A stretch of 64,000 nucleotides of DNA from Amphiscolops sp. MND2022 (Eukaryota), in NCBI GenBank assembly GCA_964187785.1, contig OZ076409.1, forward strand, positions 97,342,001 to 97,406,000. The letters run 5' to 3'. Of this stretch, positions 35,600-47,967 are shown one piece after another. The notes beneath the pieces are model-generated. The model ran no database searches. It saw only the letters and a list, made by a program, of their open reading frames with translations, and was not told the DNA's origin. Position numbers and translations under genes: made by a program. Within the stretch, counting starts at the first letter, position 1, and every line of letters starts with the position of its first letter.

Positions 35600-38500
35600 T
35601 CAGCAGGATTTTTGAGAAAGTGAAATTATATCCTTTTCACCAAGGAAGAGTCGGTAGTCTTTTCTTGGTTGTGGGCGGAAATTGTATCTATTATAGGAGT
35701 GTCTTCGGGGATTAATAAAATTATCATAATCATGAATATCTGATTGGTTATCAAGGGAGGTATTTTGAGGAATATGTTCTTTTTGTTTATATGGAAATGA
35801 AGAATATTGGTTAAATGGTTCTGATTGTAAGTCAATCGTGGATGGTATATCCGTTTCTTTATTAAATGTTGTGGAAGGAAATTGTTCTTCGTCTGTAAAT
35901 TTGTATTCATCAGAGTTAATTATTTGATCATTTGTATTTGAATGACAGTCATTAAATAAATGAGGGTTATATTGTTGTATGAAAGGGAAAATAACTGGTT
36001 CTTTTGGATAATAAGGAATTAAATGATTTCTATGTATGTGCGATGTATAACCATCTTGATTAACAAATTCATATGTTATATCGGAGAGTTTGTTAATAAT
36101 TTTGAATGGGCCAATTCTGAGAGGTTTTAATTTATCGGAAAAATGAACATGGAGGAAATTTCTTTTTAGTACAAATGTACCAATATCTAAGGGTCTTGGA
36201 TTGTGATATGTTTTGTTAAAATAAGCATAGGAATTAATCTTTCTTTTTGTGTTTTCATATACCGTATGGTATATCTGTATCATGGCAGTTTCAGTAGCTA
36301 AGATCCATTGTGGAATTGGTTTAGATAAAATTTTATGAAAGAAAGGGTTTAGATTTGATTTGTCATAGTGTGTATGAAGTGGTAGCTCTTGACAATATTG
36401 AGAAGTACGATTTCTATATGTATCCCTTTGGAGATTGAGTTCAAAGTTGATTGGAATTCTGGGTATAGTATGAAATACTATTTCATATGGAGATAAGTTT
36501 AATTCAGAAAGTGGTTGTGAATTATGTGCATAAGCATACATATGGACTTGAGTTGACCAATTTTCTGGAGTGTTATGTAAGAAAAGTCTGAGATGAGTTC
36601 CAAGATTTCTGTTTTGGTTTTCAACTAAACCATTTGTCCATGGTGCATAAGGAGTTCTTGGTGAATGTCTAATTCCCATTGTAGTACAAAGATTTGCAAA
36701 TTCTGAATTAATGTATTCTGTTCCACGGTCGGTAACTAGGTATACAGGAGGTCCAAATTTTGTTATCCAATGATGTAGTAATGAGTTAACAGCGTTTTGA
36801 GCATTATTTTGTTTTATGGGTACTGTTACTACAAAGTGACTAAAAGCCTCTACTATAACGTGAATGTATGAATTTTGATTTGATGGTGGGTTTATAGGTC
36901 CTTTTGTATCCATTGATATTCGGTAATTAAAATATGAAGCATTTTCTGAGAAGGTTTGTATAGATGCAGTTTGTAATTTTTGGTTAATATGTTTATTTTG
37001 TTGGCATTCAATGCAATCATGGATGAATATTGACATCCATTTATCCAGGTACGGTATGAAGTAAAATTGGTTGAAAGCTTTGATGGATATTTTTATTCCT
37101 GAATGTCCATGAGCATGGAGTTTGTTAAAAGCTGTGTGGAAAAGTTTAAATGGTAAACATATTTTGTCTCTTTGATTCGGGTTGGAATCGTGAAGATTAG
37201 GATAATTTATGTGAATAATTTTTGTATCATGATTATTATACAATTGGTTGAAGAGTTTGTAATATACTAATAAGAAAGAGTTAGCTGCAATTGTTGGGTC
37301 TATTTGTAAGGGTCTTTCATTATTAAGTATCCATTGGTAAACCTTTTGTAAAACAGTATCTTGATTTTGTTGAGTTTTTATTGTTTCAAGAGTTATTTGT
37401 GTATCTTCTGGTAGGAAGAAGTAATTAAAATACTTTTTGTATTTGAAAAAGGACGGATCAAAAAATGGAACTTGTTGTGTACAATAGTCAGATTTAATAG
37501 GATATTGTATAGCAAGGGTGTATTCTTTTACTATGTTCGAGTTTTGTTGTTGGATATTATTTGGTGGTGTTATTTCATCTTCATCACTAAGAATGTCAGT
37601 ATCATTAAGAATTGTCGATTGTTGTAAAAGAGATTTTGCTTGTTTTTTTGTAGGCTTTTTATATTTTGATTCGAATGGAACAATAGATTGAAAAGAGAAG
37701 GAATCTAAAGGCTTTATATGTATATCTTCTCCTTTGTTATTTATACGGATGGAGAATTGGTCGTCTCCGTAGTCAGCAAGGATAGGATGACAATCATTTT
37801 TTTGATTATATTTTATTTCTTCATGTTTTACTAAATAATGTACTGGTTTGAGTTGATTATCTTTCATGATAGAGAAATCTATTTGAGGTGGTAATTGTTT
37901 GTGTCGTAATTGGTGTACTTGTAGCTGTTCTTTTGTAAAGGTTCTTGAAAGCATATCTGCTACAGTTAAATTTTTTCCAGGGGTATGAATGATTTTTAAT
38001 TTGGAGAATTTGGTTAATTGCATTTGTGCTCTATAGAATCTAGGACTAAGATTTCCTTTCTTTGCGAAACAATGTAATAAAGGCTTGTGATCTGTGAAGA
38101 GATATATAGGATGAGGAGATCCAATGATCAAAAATTCATATATTTGCAATGCGTAAACTATTGCAAGAAGTTCTCTGTCTAAAGTTGAAAGTTTTTGTTC
38201 TTGTGTATTGAGAATTCTGGAGTTATACAAGATTACTTTCATCTTATTGTCTTCGTTCATTTGGAATAAGACTGCGCCTAAACCTACTAACGAAGCATCT
38301 TCTGTTATAAAAAATGGATGCGTTGTGTTGGGTATTGTTAATTCAGTGTCTGCTGTCATTGCGTTTTTAACATTTTGAAATAGTTTTTCTAATTCAGGTG
38401 TCCATTGAAATTTAACATCATCATGTAGTAATGTATACAATGGTTTAAGGTTTATATGAAGTTTTTCAATGAATTTTGAATAAAAGTTAACACTGCCAAG

Positions 38501-41500
38501 AAATTGCATAACATCTTTCTTTTCTTTTGGTGATGGGATTCTTTTAATAGCTTCAATTTTGGATGGAATTGGCTTAATTGTGTTGTTATCAATTTCATGT
38601 CCAAGGAACTTTACTTTGAGTAACAAATAGAACGATTTTTCAGGTGCAAGTTTGAGATTTTCTCGAGATGCTATTGTATGTAATTCTTTTATAAGTTCAA
38701 ACATTTCTTGTTTTTCATTTGCGAGTAATAGAATATCATCTATATAAACTAACGCAGAACGTTTGTCTATAAGTGATCTAAAGAAAGTTGACATTTGTTT
38801 TGTGAAAAAGTTTGGAAGTCCTTTTAATCCGTAAAATCCACGGATAAAGGCGTATAATTTGTCACCGGATGAAAATCCTGTAAGTTTAATTGTTTCTTCA
38901 TCTAATGGTGTATGAGCATATGCATACATTAGATCAATAGTTGATTTGTATTTTTTATTTGCTCTAGCTAATTGAGGAGCTAAAGGTTCAATAGGCCAAG
39001 ATTCAAGTTCTTGGTTAGTGTTTGAGTTTAGATGTCTTGCGTCTAAAACAACTTTTATTGCGTCTCCTTTTGGAATAATAATTAAAGGGTTTAAAAATGT
39101 TGTTCCAATAGTTTGTTTTTCATCTGTTGTTGAACCAATTTGTTTTTTTTGATGTTGTATTTTTCGAGTTCTAGTAAAAGTTTATTTAGTCTATCTCTAT
39201 AGTGGATAGGTACTTTAGAAGGTCTTTGTGTGTGAAGTTTACAATTATCTTTTATTCTAATTCGAAAAGGAGTGGAAATCTTTCCTACGTCGTTTTTATG
39301 TTTGGCGTAACAATTTTGGTTGTTAATTAGAATATTGCAGAGGTTTACATATTCTGTATCGGTTAAATCTGAGTATTCGAAATCGAATTTCTTTATGAAT
39401 TGTTGGTTTTCTGTAGAATAGGCTAATGGAGGGAAATCTTTTCGAATTTTATCTGAGGGTCGAAGGTTTCCAGTAACAGAAGGTATAGGAAGTTGAAGTG
39501 TTTTGTCGTTAATTTCTATCTTGTTCATTTCTAATAGGGATTGTGGTATTACCCTAGTACATAAGTTCATATCTGTATATGGATTTTGTTTATTCGGGGT
39601 TGTCGTATCAGGGTGATATGCATGTATTACAGAGTGAATAAGTGAATTTACATCGTTAACTCTGTAGTGAGGAGGAGTTGTTTGTGTAATCGGTATTTCT
39701 ATATATCCAATAATTCCTTGTGGTAATGTAGCTGGGTAAGATGTAAAATTTTGAATTATGGTTGCACATGAGTCTTTGCTTTTTTCATTGACTATCATAT
39801 CTAAGAAATGAAAGATATTTTTAAATTTTTGTAAGAAATGTGTATATGGGTTTGTTGGGTAGAACTTCGTATTATCTTCGAGTTCAAAATGTAGATTTGA
39901 ATAGTTTTTAATTGGGAAATGTATGGTTTTTCCTGACCTTGGTTTAAAGTGAATTGGTTCCTTACATTTAATAGTATAAATGTAAGAAATATATGGATAA
40001 TCTTTTTCTGTAAATGTGGGAAATGTAGTTTTTGTTGAAAGCTTTGGATATTGTTCTGTGTATGTCATAATGTTTTGTTGAAAATCAATATTTTGGATGT
40101 GCTTTTTGAAAAAGGGTGTTCCAAGAATGTTGTATTTGATATTTGCTATGGCAAAATCGATATTGAAGGATCGTGTTTTGTGATTTATTTCAGTGAAACA
40201 GGTCATCGAAATATAATGTATTATTGGTACTTCAGTTTGGTTTGCAACTGTAAGAGTTTTGGCTCTTTTGTTTTGGAGGTTAGTTGGAACATTGATGTTT
40301 AATTGTTTGGAAATTACATGAAATGTTGGTAAATTCAAAACAGATATGGAAGCTCCAGTATCTAAAAGGAATAAGATTTCTAATTTTGAAGGTAATATGT
40401 TGTCATTTGTTTCAGAGGCGTGAATGTATAGTGGATAAAACCAACTATAAGAGGTGATTGTATTAGCTATTTCAGTCATTTGACAGGTGTGGATTTCAAA
40501 TTTTGTACTATCATTTTCTTTTGGTGTTTTAACGTCTACTTGATTTATTCTGTTTTGTTGTCTGTTTCTTGAGGGTGTTCTAGATCTTGATCTAAAATCT
40601 CTAGGTCTTGATGGAGATCTATATGGGTAATTATATCGTTTAAAGGAGTTTCCTTGTGATTGAGAACGAGATCTGTATGTTGAGCGAGAATTATATCTGT
40701 AATTTGAGGTATTTCTGTATGGAGATCTATATGGAGATCTAGATGGAGTTCTTCTTCGATAATAATTATCAAATCGAGATCTATACGGACTTCGGGATCG
40801 ATTAAGATATCTTTGTCGAGAGTTTGATCTATAGTTGTTTTGCGAATATTCTCTACTATTGCTACGATATCTATCATTGTTTCTGTATCTATCATTATAG
40901 TAGTTTTGATTGTATTTATTACGATCATTATCTGAGGAATAAGAGTTTGTATTTTCATTTCGATTTTCCTGAGGATTATTAGGTTTACTACGGAAATATT
41001 GTACAAAGGATTGTTGAGGAGTTCGTGATCTTTGGTTATTGTATTTCTGGTATTCGTCATCACGTTGTTTTTGATAACAATTTGAAATACTATGATTATT
41101 TTTATGACAATAGGAACATTATTTTCTATACGCTGGTTTGCTTTTGTTATTTGGGTCTCCAGTTTGAGTAACCATTATCTGATCTTCGTATTCAAATTCT
41201 TTTTTGTTAGTATCTTCTTCAAGCGATACTTTGTTTATTTCTAAGGCTAAGTCGTTAGTTCTGATTTTTTCATTAGCAATATCTTCTGAATCGACATGTC
41301 TAAGAAGTGTATGAAATGGTATTGAAGGTTCAAGTAATGTTGATACATGTTTAACTTGTCGTTTATGGGCAAAATCTTTTAATTTCTTTGGTAACCCTTT
41401 TGTAAAGATTTCGTTATTTTTGAGATTTATGGTAGCTGCATTTTCATTACACCATCCCTTTTTAACTAATTGTTGTACTCTAAGGGCAAAGTGGCGAACT

Positions 41501-43626
41501 GTTTCATTATCCTTTTTCATGAGTGACATAGCTTCTACTTGAGCGTAGTAAGCAGTTTTTTGAGATGAGAATTGTTTTTTGAATAGTTGTACAAAGGAAT
41601 TCCATTGTTGTTTATATGGTATATGGAGGTTAGTGTACCAATCGAGAGCTGTTCCTATTAATGAACATTGTATGTAAGCCATGCGTCTATTATGCCAAGA
41701 TTTGTATTTTATAGGATTATTTTGAGGTTCTTCACCTATGGCGAAGGTTAATCTTGCTTCGACTTGTTGTAGATATTCTTCGGGGGTGTAAGAATGGTCC
41801 AAACCATCAAAAGGTTTCATAGGTTCTGGTATTGAAGCGGACATGTTTATAAAGGTATCTTGCGGCATTGGGAAATATTGGGGTGGCGGAGCTAATTGTT
41901 GTGTGAGTGGTGGAGGTATATGTTGGATTGTATTTGGTGAGAATGGGTTAGGATTAGGGTTAAGATTTGGATTTGGATGCATTCGATACAGAGGATCAGT
42001 TGGGATATGTGTAAGTGGAGGATTATGGAGTCTTCTTTGAGAATCCTGTGTAATATTAGAATAAGAAATGGAAGTACACGAGGTTCCTCGATTTTGAGAA
42101 TGTATATTCTGGGATGTATTGGTATTTGATAATTGTATGAAGGGGTTTTGTGTTGTTGAAATTGTATTAATTTGAGAGTGGTTTTGGTTTATATTTGTAT
42201 TGGTAGTTGTGTTTGATGGAGGATAAAAGTTATAATTAAATGGATCGTAATATCAGTTAGAAGTTTGAGGATTATCATTAAAATTGTTACTAGAAATAGT
42301 TGATCGGTTTGAGCGAAAGGCGGAGGGAATTGATGGAGGATCATATCTAGGTCGAGTTATGTATCTTGTAGAATCAGAGGTAGTTCTTGTTGGAGATGCA
42401 ACATTAGCAGAAGTATTCTGAGTACTAGATGTATATTGTAATGTATCATGGGTTTCATCGTTTATGTCATCTGTATGTGGAAGGTTAAAAGTTATATTAC
42501 GGTTTGGAGATGTATCTAAATGAGATTGAGGACTATGTACATTTTGTCCTTGATTTATAACTCTAGTTGGAACTCTAAGGGAGTGAGTATGTACTGATGT
42601 TGATGTCCCTGTTTGTGATGGATTATATGTTGAGATTGTAGATTCTTGGGTAGTAAACTCATTATCGTTATAGTTTTCAGGTTGATTTTGTTGTTGGGTT
42701 GTATTTTCTTGGTCGGTGTTATCATCTTCAGTAGAATTGTTAGTGTTAAAATGTAAATTTTGTTGATCTTGAGAATTTTGTTGATAGTGGTAAGGTCTAT
42801 TATCTGGGAATAGATCATTTTCTGTAATTAATAGAGGATCGAAACGTATGTAATCTAAGGTTTGTTTTGTAATTAATTGTGGTTTATGAAAATAAGGGTG
42901 TTCATTTTGTTCACTGATGATGAATGGTAAACATTCTTCTGATGTAAATTGATCTGGGAATTCTGTAAAAGCAGGTTGATCTTGTTGAGACCATAATAAT
43001 TGATAATTAAATCTGAAATATTTTCTGAGAAATAAAGATATTACTTTGATCTGAGGAATTGTTTGGTCATTTAATGTTAGGTCTTTGAAGTAGTGGTAGA
43101 TGAAAGTTTGAATTTGTAATATATCAGTTTGTAACCAATGATGAGGATTGTCTTCAGGATTAACCAATGTTTCAATAATTTCTACGTCGAAATTGTCTAT
43201 GTATCGTTGAAGATGGTCGAGTGCATTTGGACTAAATTTTGGAATTTCCTGTGCTAAGTTGTGGTCTTTTACATTGTTTAGAAAAGCATGAAAAACTTGT
43301 TTAATAGGAACTTGAAGATTTATTGGAATTATTGTTCTTCTGTATATATGAGATGAATTAGGTCTTTGATGAAGAAAGGATATTTGAAAAGTTGGGTATT
43401 CTTCGGTGATTGTTAAAACTTTATATCTAATATAGAAAAGGTATGTGTCCAAATGTTCTCTAATAAGAGGGATTGTTTCAATTGTGTGTGGTTCATTTTC
43501 AAATGGGAGTGGTTGTGTATAATGTGAAAGAATGTTTTGTAGAAATGGGTTTAGTTCTAATTTTACAACTTTTGCATTTTTAATAGCGGGAGTTTGGAAA
43601 GGTAGAGGGGTTGTCGTTGAAGACAT
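35600..43626 (-). pseudogene. gag-pol: Single Gag-PR-RT-RH-IN polyprotein (~2,670 codons) with two premature stops and one frameshift
   Basis: ORFs 42253-43626, 41119-41982 and 39091-40479 share one frame, separated only by TGA (42253-42255) and TAA (41119-41121); frameshift at an A8 run (39143-39150). Motifs: capsid-like PFDG..YLQQVE..L.G.A..W, CSYCHKNNHSISNC knuckle, LLDTGAS, YIDD, DAS/TDHKPL/ADMLSR, HAHGH..C..C, SMDTKGP/TDRGT/VENQN. Confidence 0.93.
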
Positions 43627-45500
43627 TTTTAAAGTTTATCTCTTATCACTGTAAGTATTTTTCCAAGAAGAACACAAACTATAAATAAGACACAAAACGT
43701 GTATGTTGTAATGAGTACTACTGTGGTAACCTTTTCCCACATGTTGTAATGTGAAGGTTATAACGTTGGGATGTCTTATATAAAGATTTTTTAAGTTCGA
43801 GCTCTTGGGTAATTTCTTTGTTGATTTATGATAAAGAAGAAATATCGTTGATATCGTTCAATTAATCTTTCAAAATCGTTTGGTGTAGGGTTTTGAAGTG
43901 AGCTAATTGGGGGAATGTAAAAGTTGAAAGGATAAATTTCTTGGTTTGGGTTCATATAAGTTGTTTTGTAATTCGAAGTTATTTGAGAAGTTAATATTTT
44001 GGGATAGAGAAGAAATAAGCGGGTGCAATAGGATCTGTATTCAACCTCAAAGGATTGCTAACAGAAACTAAATGTTATTTTAAGTCTGGATCACTTTAAG
44101 GTGTCTAACATAAGGTTACTGACACGTCCAGAAAAACTAAGATTGTTTTAATTTTAAGTGAGTTGTGTGTTTTAAGACTAAAGGAGTGGAACTCTGAACA
44201 ATCAACGTCCACTATCTAAAGTCTGATCAATACTGATCAAGATCAAAATTTGATCTTTGTTTCTTTTACTTTTACTTTTACTTCTTGAGAATTTTGAAGA
44301 TTCGAACGTAGTTCGGTGTCCTCTCGATTCTCCTTAAAGACGTTTACACTTAATTAGGGTTTTTAGTCAGTCTTAGAATCAGAGTACGCTGGTGAGGCTA
44401 TCTGATTGGCTAAGTCTTACGGGAGGGAATAGGAATTGTGGGTGCCTGAAAGTAGAAAAATAACTTTACTTTGTTTGTTTTATTTACATGCCTTATTTTA
44501 ACTTTTAAAGCAAAAGAGTTGTGAAAATTGTATGTTATATTTTGTTAAAATAATGGTTTTATAGGTTTATGTTAAAATTATTATTATTATTATTATTAGA
44601 AGTACTTAAGGGAAGTTTGAGTTTATTTGTTATTGTTCTTTTTGTTGATTGGTGAAAACATTTTTGGAGTTATGTGTAATTTTTAAGTTTTGTGAATTTA
44701 TTTGTATTGTTTGTCGACAATAGGGAAAGAAAGGGAATAGTGCGTGGTTGTTTTTGGTAGTTAGTCTTGGTTGCCTTTTTTTGTTTTCAGAGTCTATTTC
44801 TGAAATTTTTTTATAGGAAATTTTGTAAAAAGGGGATCCGAAACGTAAAAGTAGAAAATCCAGGTTTTCTGCCAACACGAAGTTGATCTTGAGACGTATG
44901 TGCTCATAGGTGAACGGAGTTGGACATGCACTCAGTCAACCATTACACCAGGAGTCCACCTGACGTTCAAGATAGCAGGATTGAAGAAAGTTGCTGCGTC
45001 AAAGGTGTTAGAAAACCTTGATAAACCAGACAAACATCAAAGAACTGTTTAAACAAGCTTCCGGATTAGCTGTGATAAATCAGTATGGAGAACAGAACTG
45101 TGTCACTTTGGATAAATCAGTCTGGAAAAAGAAGAAAAACAGAACTGTGTCACAATGGATAAAGCAGTCTGAAATGAAACCGTTTCAACGTATTAGAAAA
45201 CGTGATAAACCGGTATGGCTAGAAGAACAGGAAAAAGAACCGTGTCAACGTGTTAGAAAACGTGATAAACCGGTATTGAAGAAATTTCGTTATATTAAAG
45301 TTGATTGTTGTAGTGGAGAAATTGTGTTTCGAATGATGATGTATTTGTTAATGAAATTTAGAAAGTCACAGACCAAACTTTCAAGAAATTCTAGAAAGAT
45401 TTCACTGCAATTCCAGAGAATTTCAAATATGGAGAGTGGTATTTGTATGATTGTTGAGAGAAGAGAAATCATCCAGGAGAAAAGACAAAAAAAAATTTTA

Positions 45501-45512
45501 CAAGTCGCACCA
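45501..45512 (-). other. Primer-binding site of element B
   Basis: TGGTGCGACTTG three nucleotides inside the 5' LTR end; cognate tRNA not assigned. Confidence 0.75.
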
Positions 45513-45515
45513 AAT

Positions 45516-45783
45516 TGTGCTGCTTTTAATGGTTGGTTATTGTTTTGATGGTCTTATACGCAACTACTAAAAGCGGCTGAGAGACAGGCTAGCTAGCTTA
45601 CTTTATTACAACTATTCCGAGGTGTTAGGAGTAGAACAAAAGGGAAGTCAACTGAATACTGATTATTAGTTTTCTCTCTCTGATGGAGTAGAGATTTACA
45701 ATCATTCAATAACAAATAAATGTACATTCTAGAACATTCTATAAACATCTAAATACTATTGGTTATTAATGTAGGTCAGTACA
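45516..45783 (-). repeat. 5' LTR of element B
   Basis: 268-bp direct repeat of 27372-27639 with 2 mismatches. Confidence 0.97.
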
Positions 45784-45808
45784 CTACACAACATCTTACC
45801 GTTAAATA

Positions 45809-46275
45809 CAGTACTGTGATTAAGAAAACGTCCCCCGAGCGATTTTAGGCTCGATTTTCTCGAAATCGGTTGCGAATTTTGAAAAACATCTGAGATAAAA
45901 GCTTCTTAGAATTTCATCTAGTTTACATTAGTGTTCCTTAAATTTTTCTGGGATAAAAATTGAGAAAGTTACAAATAGCTGATTTTGAGCAAAATTGGGA
46001 CTTTTTGCCGTTTTTCCGATTTTTGAACACTTTATCCACAGTTTTTTTGGCAAATTTTATGCTCAATTAATTCCCACAAATCTACTGAATTAATTGATGT
46101 ATTTTGATTTCAAAATAGATCAACCGTTTCCGAATTATCAGGCTCAAAAGGTAAAATTACCCAAATTTACGTGAATTTCACTTGATGCGCCAATCAGAAT
46201 TGAAAGTGAGAGCAAATAAACAATTTTGATTGGCTGAGAACGTCATAGGGGGACGATTTCTTAATCACAGTACTG
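45809..46275. mobile_element. Tc1/mariner-like MITE
   Basis: 28-bp TIR CAGTACTGTGATTAAGAAA(A/T)CGTCCCCC, TA on both flanks, no ORF. Confidence 0.8.
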
Positions 46276-47663
46276 TACATTCACTGCGCTAATTGAAGGA
46301 AAGAGGCGAAGTGAAACGAAACAACAAGCCAATACTAGTCCAGCGGTTGGATTTGACGAAAGACGAAGGCTCCGCAAAAACCGAGTCATGCAATCAATAC
46401 AAACGCTGTGGCTGATATGAGAATGAACTTGTCATTCTCTTTAATGTTTTTCTCTTTGGGCGTTTCTCTGTAGGGCGTTTTTTCTAAAAGTATTTTTCCT
46501 AAAACTGAAAAAAAACTCAATAAAACACTTGAAAACTTCGTGCCGACAAATTAACGATGCCGCACTTCCAAGTTAACTTGTAGAATTTCAATTAAAACAG
46601 TCAAAGTTACATGCATGTATTTCCGTGAGAGTTCTACATCACCAGAGAACATTCATGTGACAGCCTGTAAAGTATTTTTCAGCAAAATATTGCTTTCAAA
46701 GAACTTGTGGATATCTTATGTTGGACAGATCCAACTATTTGCGGTTTATATATAACATTTATTTTTTGGATCTTTTAGCACCCGCACACATCCAAACTTG
46801 AGAACCTACAAAATATTCCCCCAGTGTTGTAGTATTTCGTAAGAATGAAAAGCAGAAATGGATTATGAAGGCTGTACTGACGACTAGATAGTGAATGTAC
46901 AGGCAGCAGCAAATGAATATCTGAACTTTATCAATGTCTAGTAGTTTTGGCAGGTGTTAGTAAATAAATCTGTCCTCACTTCTTTGTTTTGTCTAACATT
47001 AGGTTAGCTTTCAATATCAATCTACTACACCCAGACTAAAAATTCTTTGGCCAAGGCCTGATCCCAGACTAGACTGAAAGAAATGTCTAATTGTTTAGCA
47101 GAAATCGTAGAGACTATGCTGTTCTCCAACATGATTCATGCGGTTACATGTCAGAATATCCTGAGTCATAATAACCAAGGTCATAATAGCCAATGCCAAA
47201 ATATCCAACGTGACAAAATAGCCAATGCCAAAATAGCCAACGTGACATAATAGCCAATGTGACATAATAACCAACGCTAGAGTAGATGAAAAGCGTCTTG
47301 AACTAATTAGTTTGAACAAATGAAACAATTGATGACGCAACTTTGGGATCGCACATAAATGCGTGAGAAAATTTTTAACAGCAGATCAATGCATTGACCT
47401 AAAACAATTTGATTGATTGAACTGGTGCGTTTTCGGTCACATTGAATGCACTTGAAAAGAAAAGGCACAAACAGCAGTAAAGACCTGTCAAAATTTTTGA
47501 TTGACAGTAGAAGCTTCATAAATTCGGAGCATTTTTATTGACTTGTTGACAAATATTGAAAGGGAAGAAAGTTCAAAAATCTATTACGCGTTTCGGTTTT
47601 CGTGCATGGAAACAATATGAAACAACCGTTGATAGAATACTGTGAACGATCGTTGAACACATA

Positions 47664-47738
47664 ATTAATTTGGCCTAGTGGTCAAAGAACTGCTTCTGAA
47701 GTAAACTATCCGAGTTCGAGCCTAGTCTTTGCCATTTT
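47664..47738 (+). other. Degenerate tRNA-like Pol III unit inside the MULE
   Basis: A box TGGCCTAGTGG (47671-47681), B box GAGTTCGAGCC (47712-47722), ends GCCA-TTTT; cloverleaf stems are poor. Confidence 0.4.
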
Positions 47739-47967
47739 ATGAAAAAAAAAGATGAACGGGAGTTCCCGATTTCCCAAAATTCCCTATTTCCGGGGGTTGG
47801 GGAAATCGGGAAAGGGCGGGAGGGGAAACGAAAAAACCCTAATATCGCCCTGATTCACGTGCCAAATTTTGAGCTCTCAATTCCTCTTATTTCGGGAGAA
47901 AACGCAGATTTTTGTTTTTCTAATATATACTAATTTTAAATAGTTAGTAATTACACAACAAACTGGA

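Larger units (their letters stand above)
27372..45783 (-). mobile_element. Giant (18,412 bp) env-bearing Ty3/gypsy-type LTR retroelement B
   Basis: 268-bp LTRs (TG...CA) differing at 2 positions, 4-bp TSD CTAC (27368-27371, 45784-45787), PBS, PPT, PR-RT-RH-IN order; all long ORFs on the minus strand. Confidence 0.97.

Noticed and set aside
35600..39100. Assignment of element B to foamy viruses (KYKSTIDL..AH and Hx3H resemble spumaviral Pol)
   Set aside because: A single Ty3/gypsy-type RNase H follows RT directly and Gag has a CCHC knuckle; Hx3H spacing also occurs in errantiviruses. Placement needs a phylogeny.
45018..45548. 176-aa antisense ORF in the leader of element B
   Set aside because: TTG start, built largely from the leader repeats, no recognisable motif.
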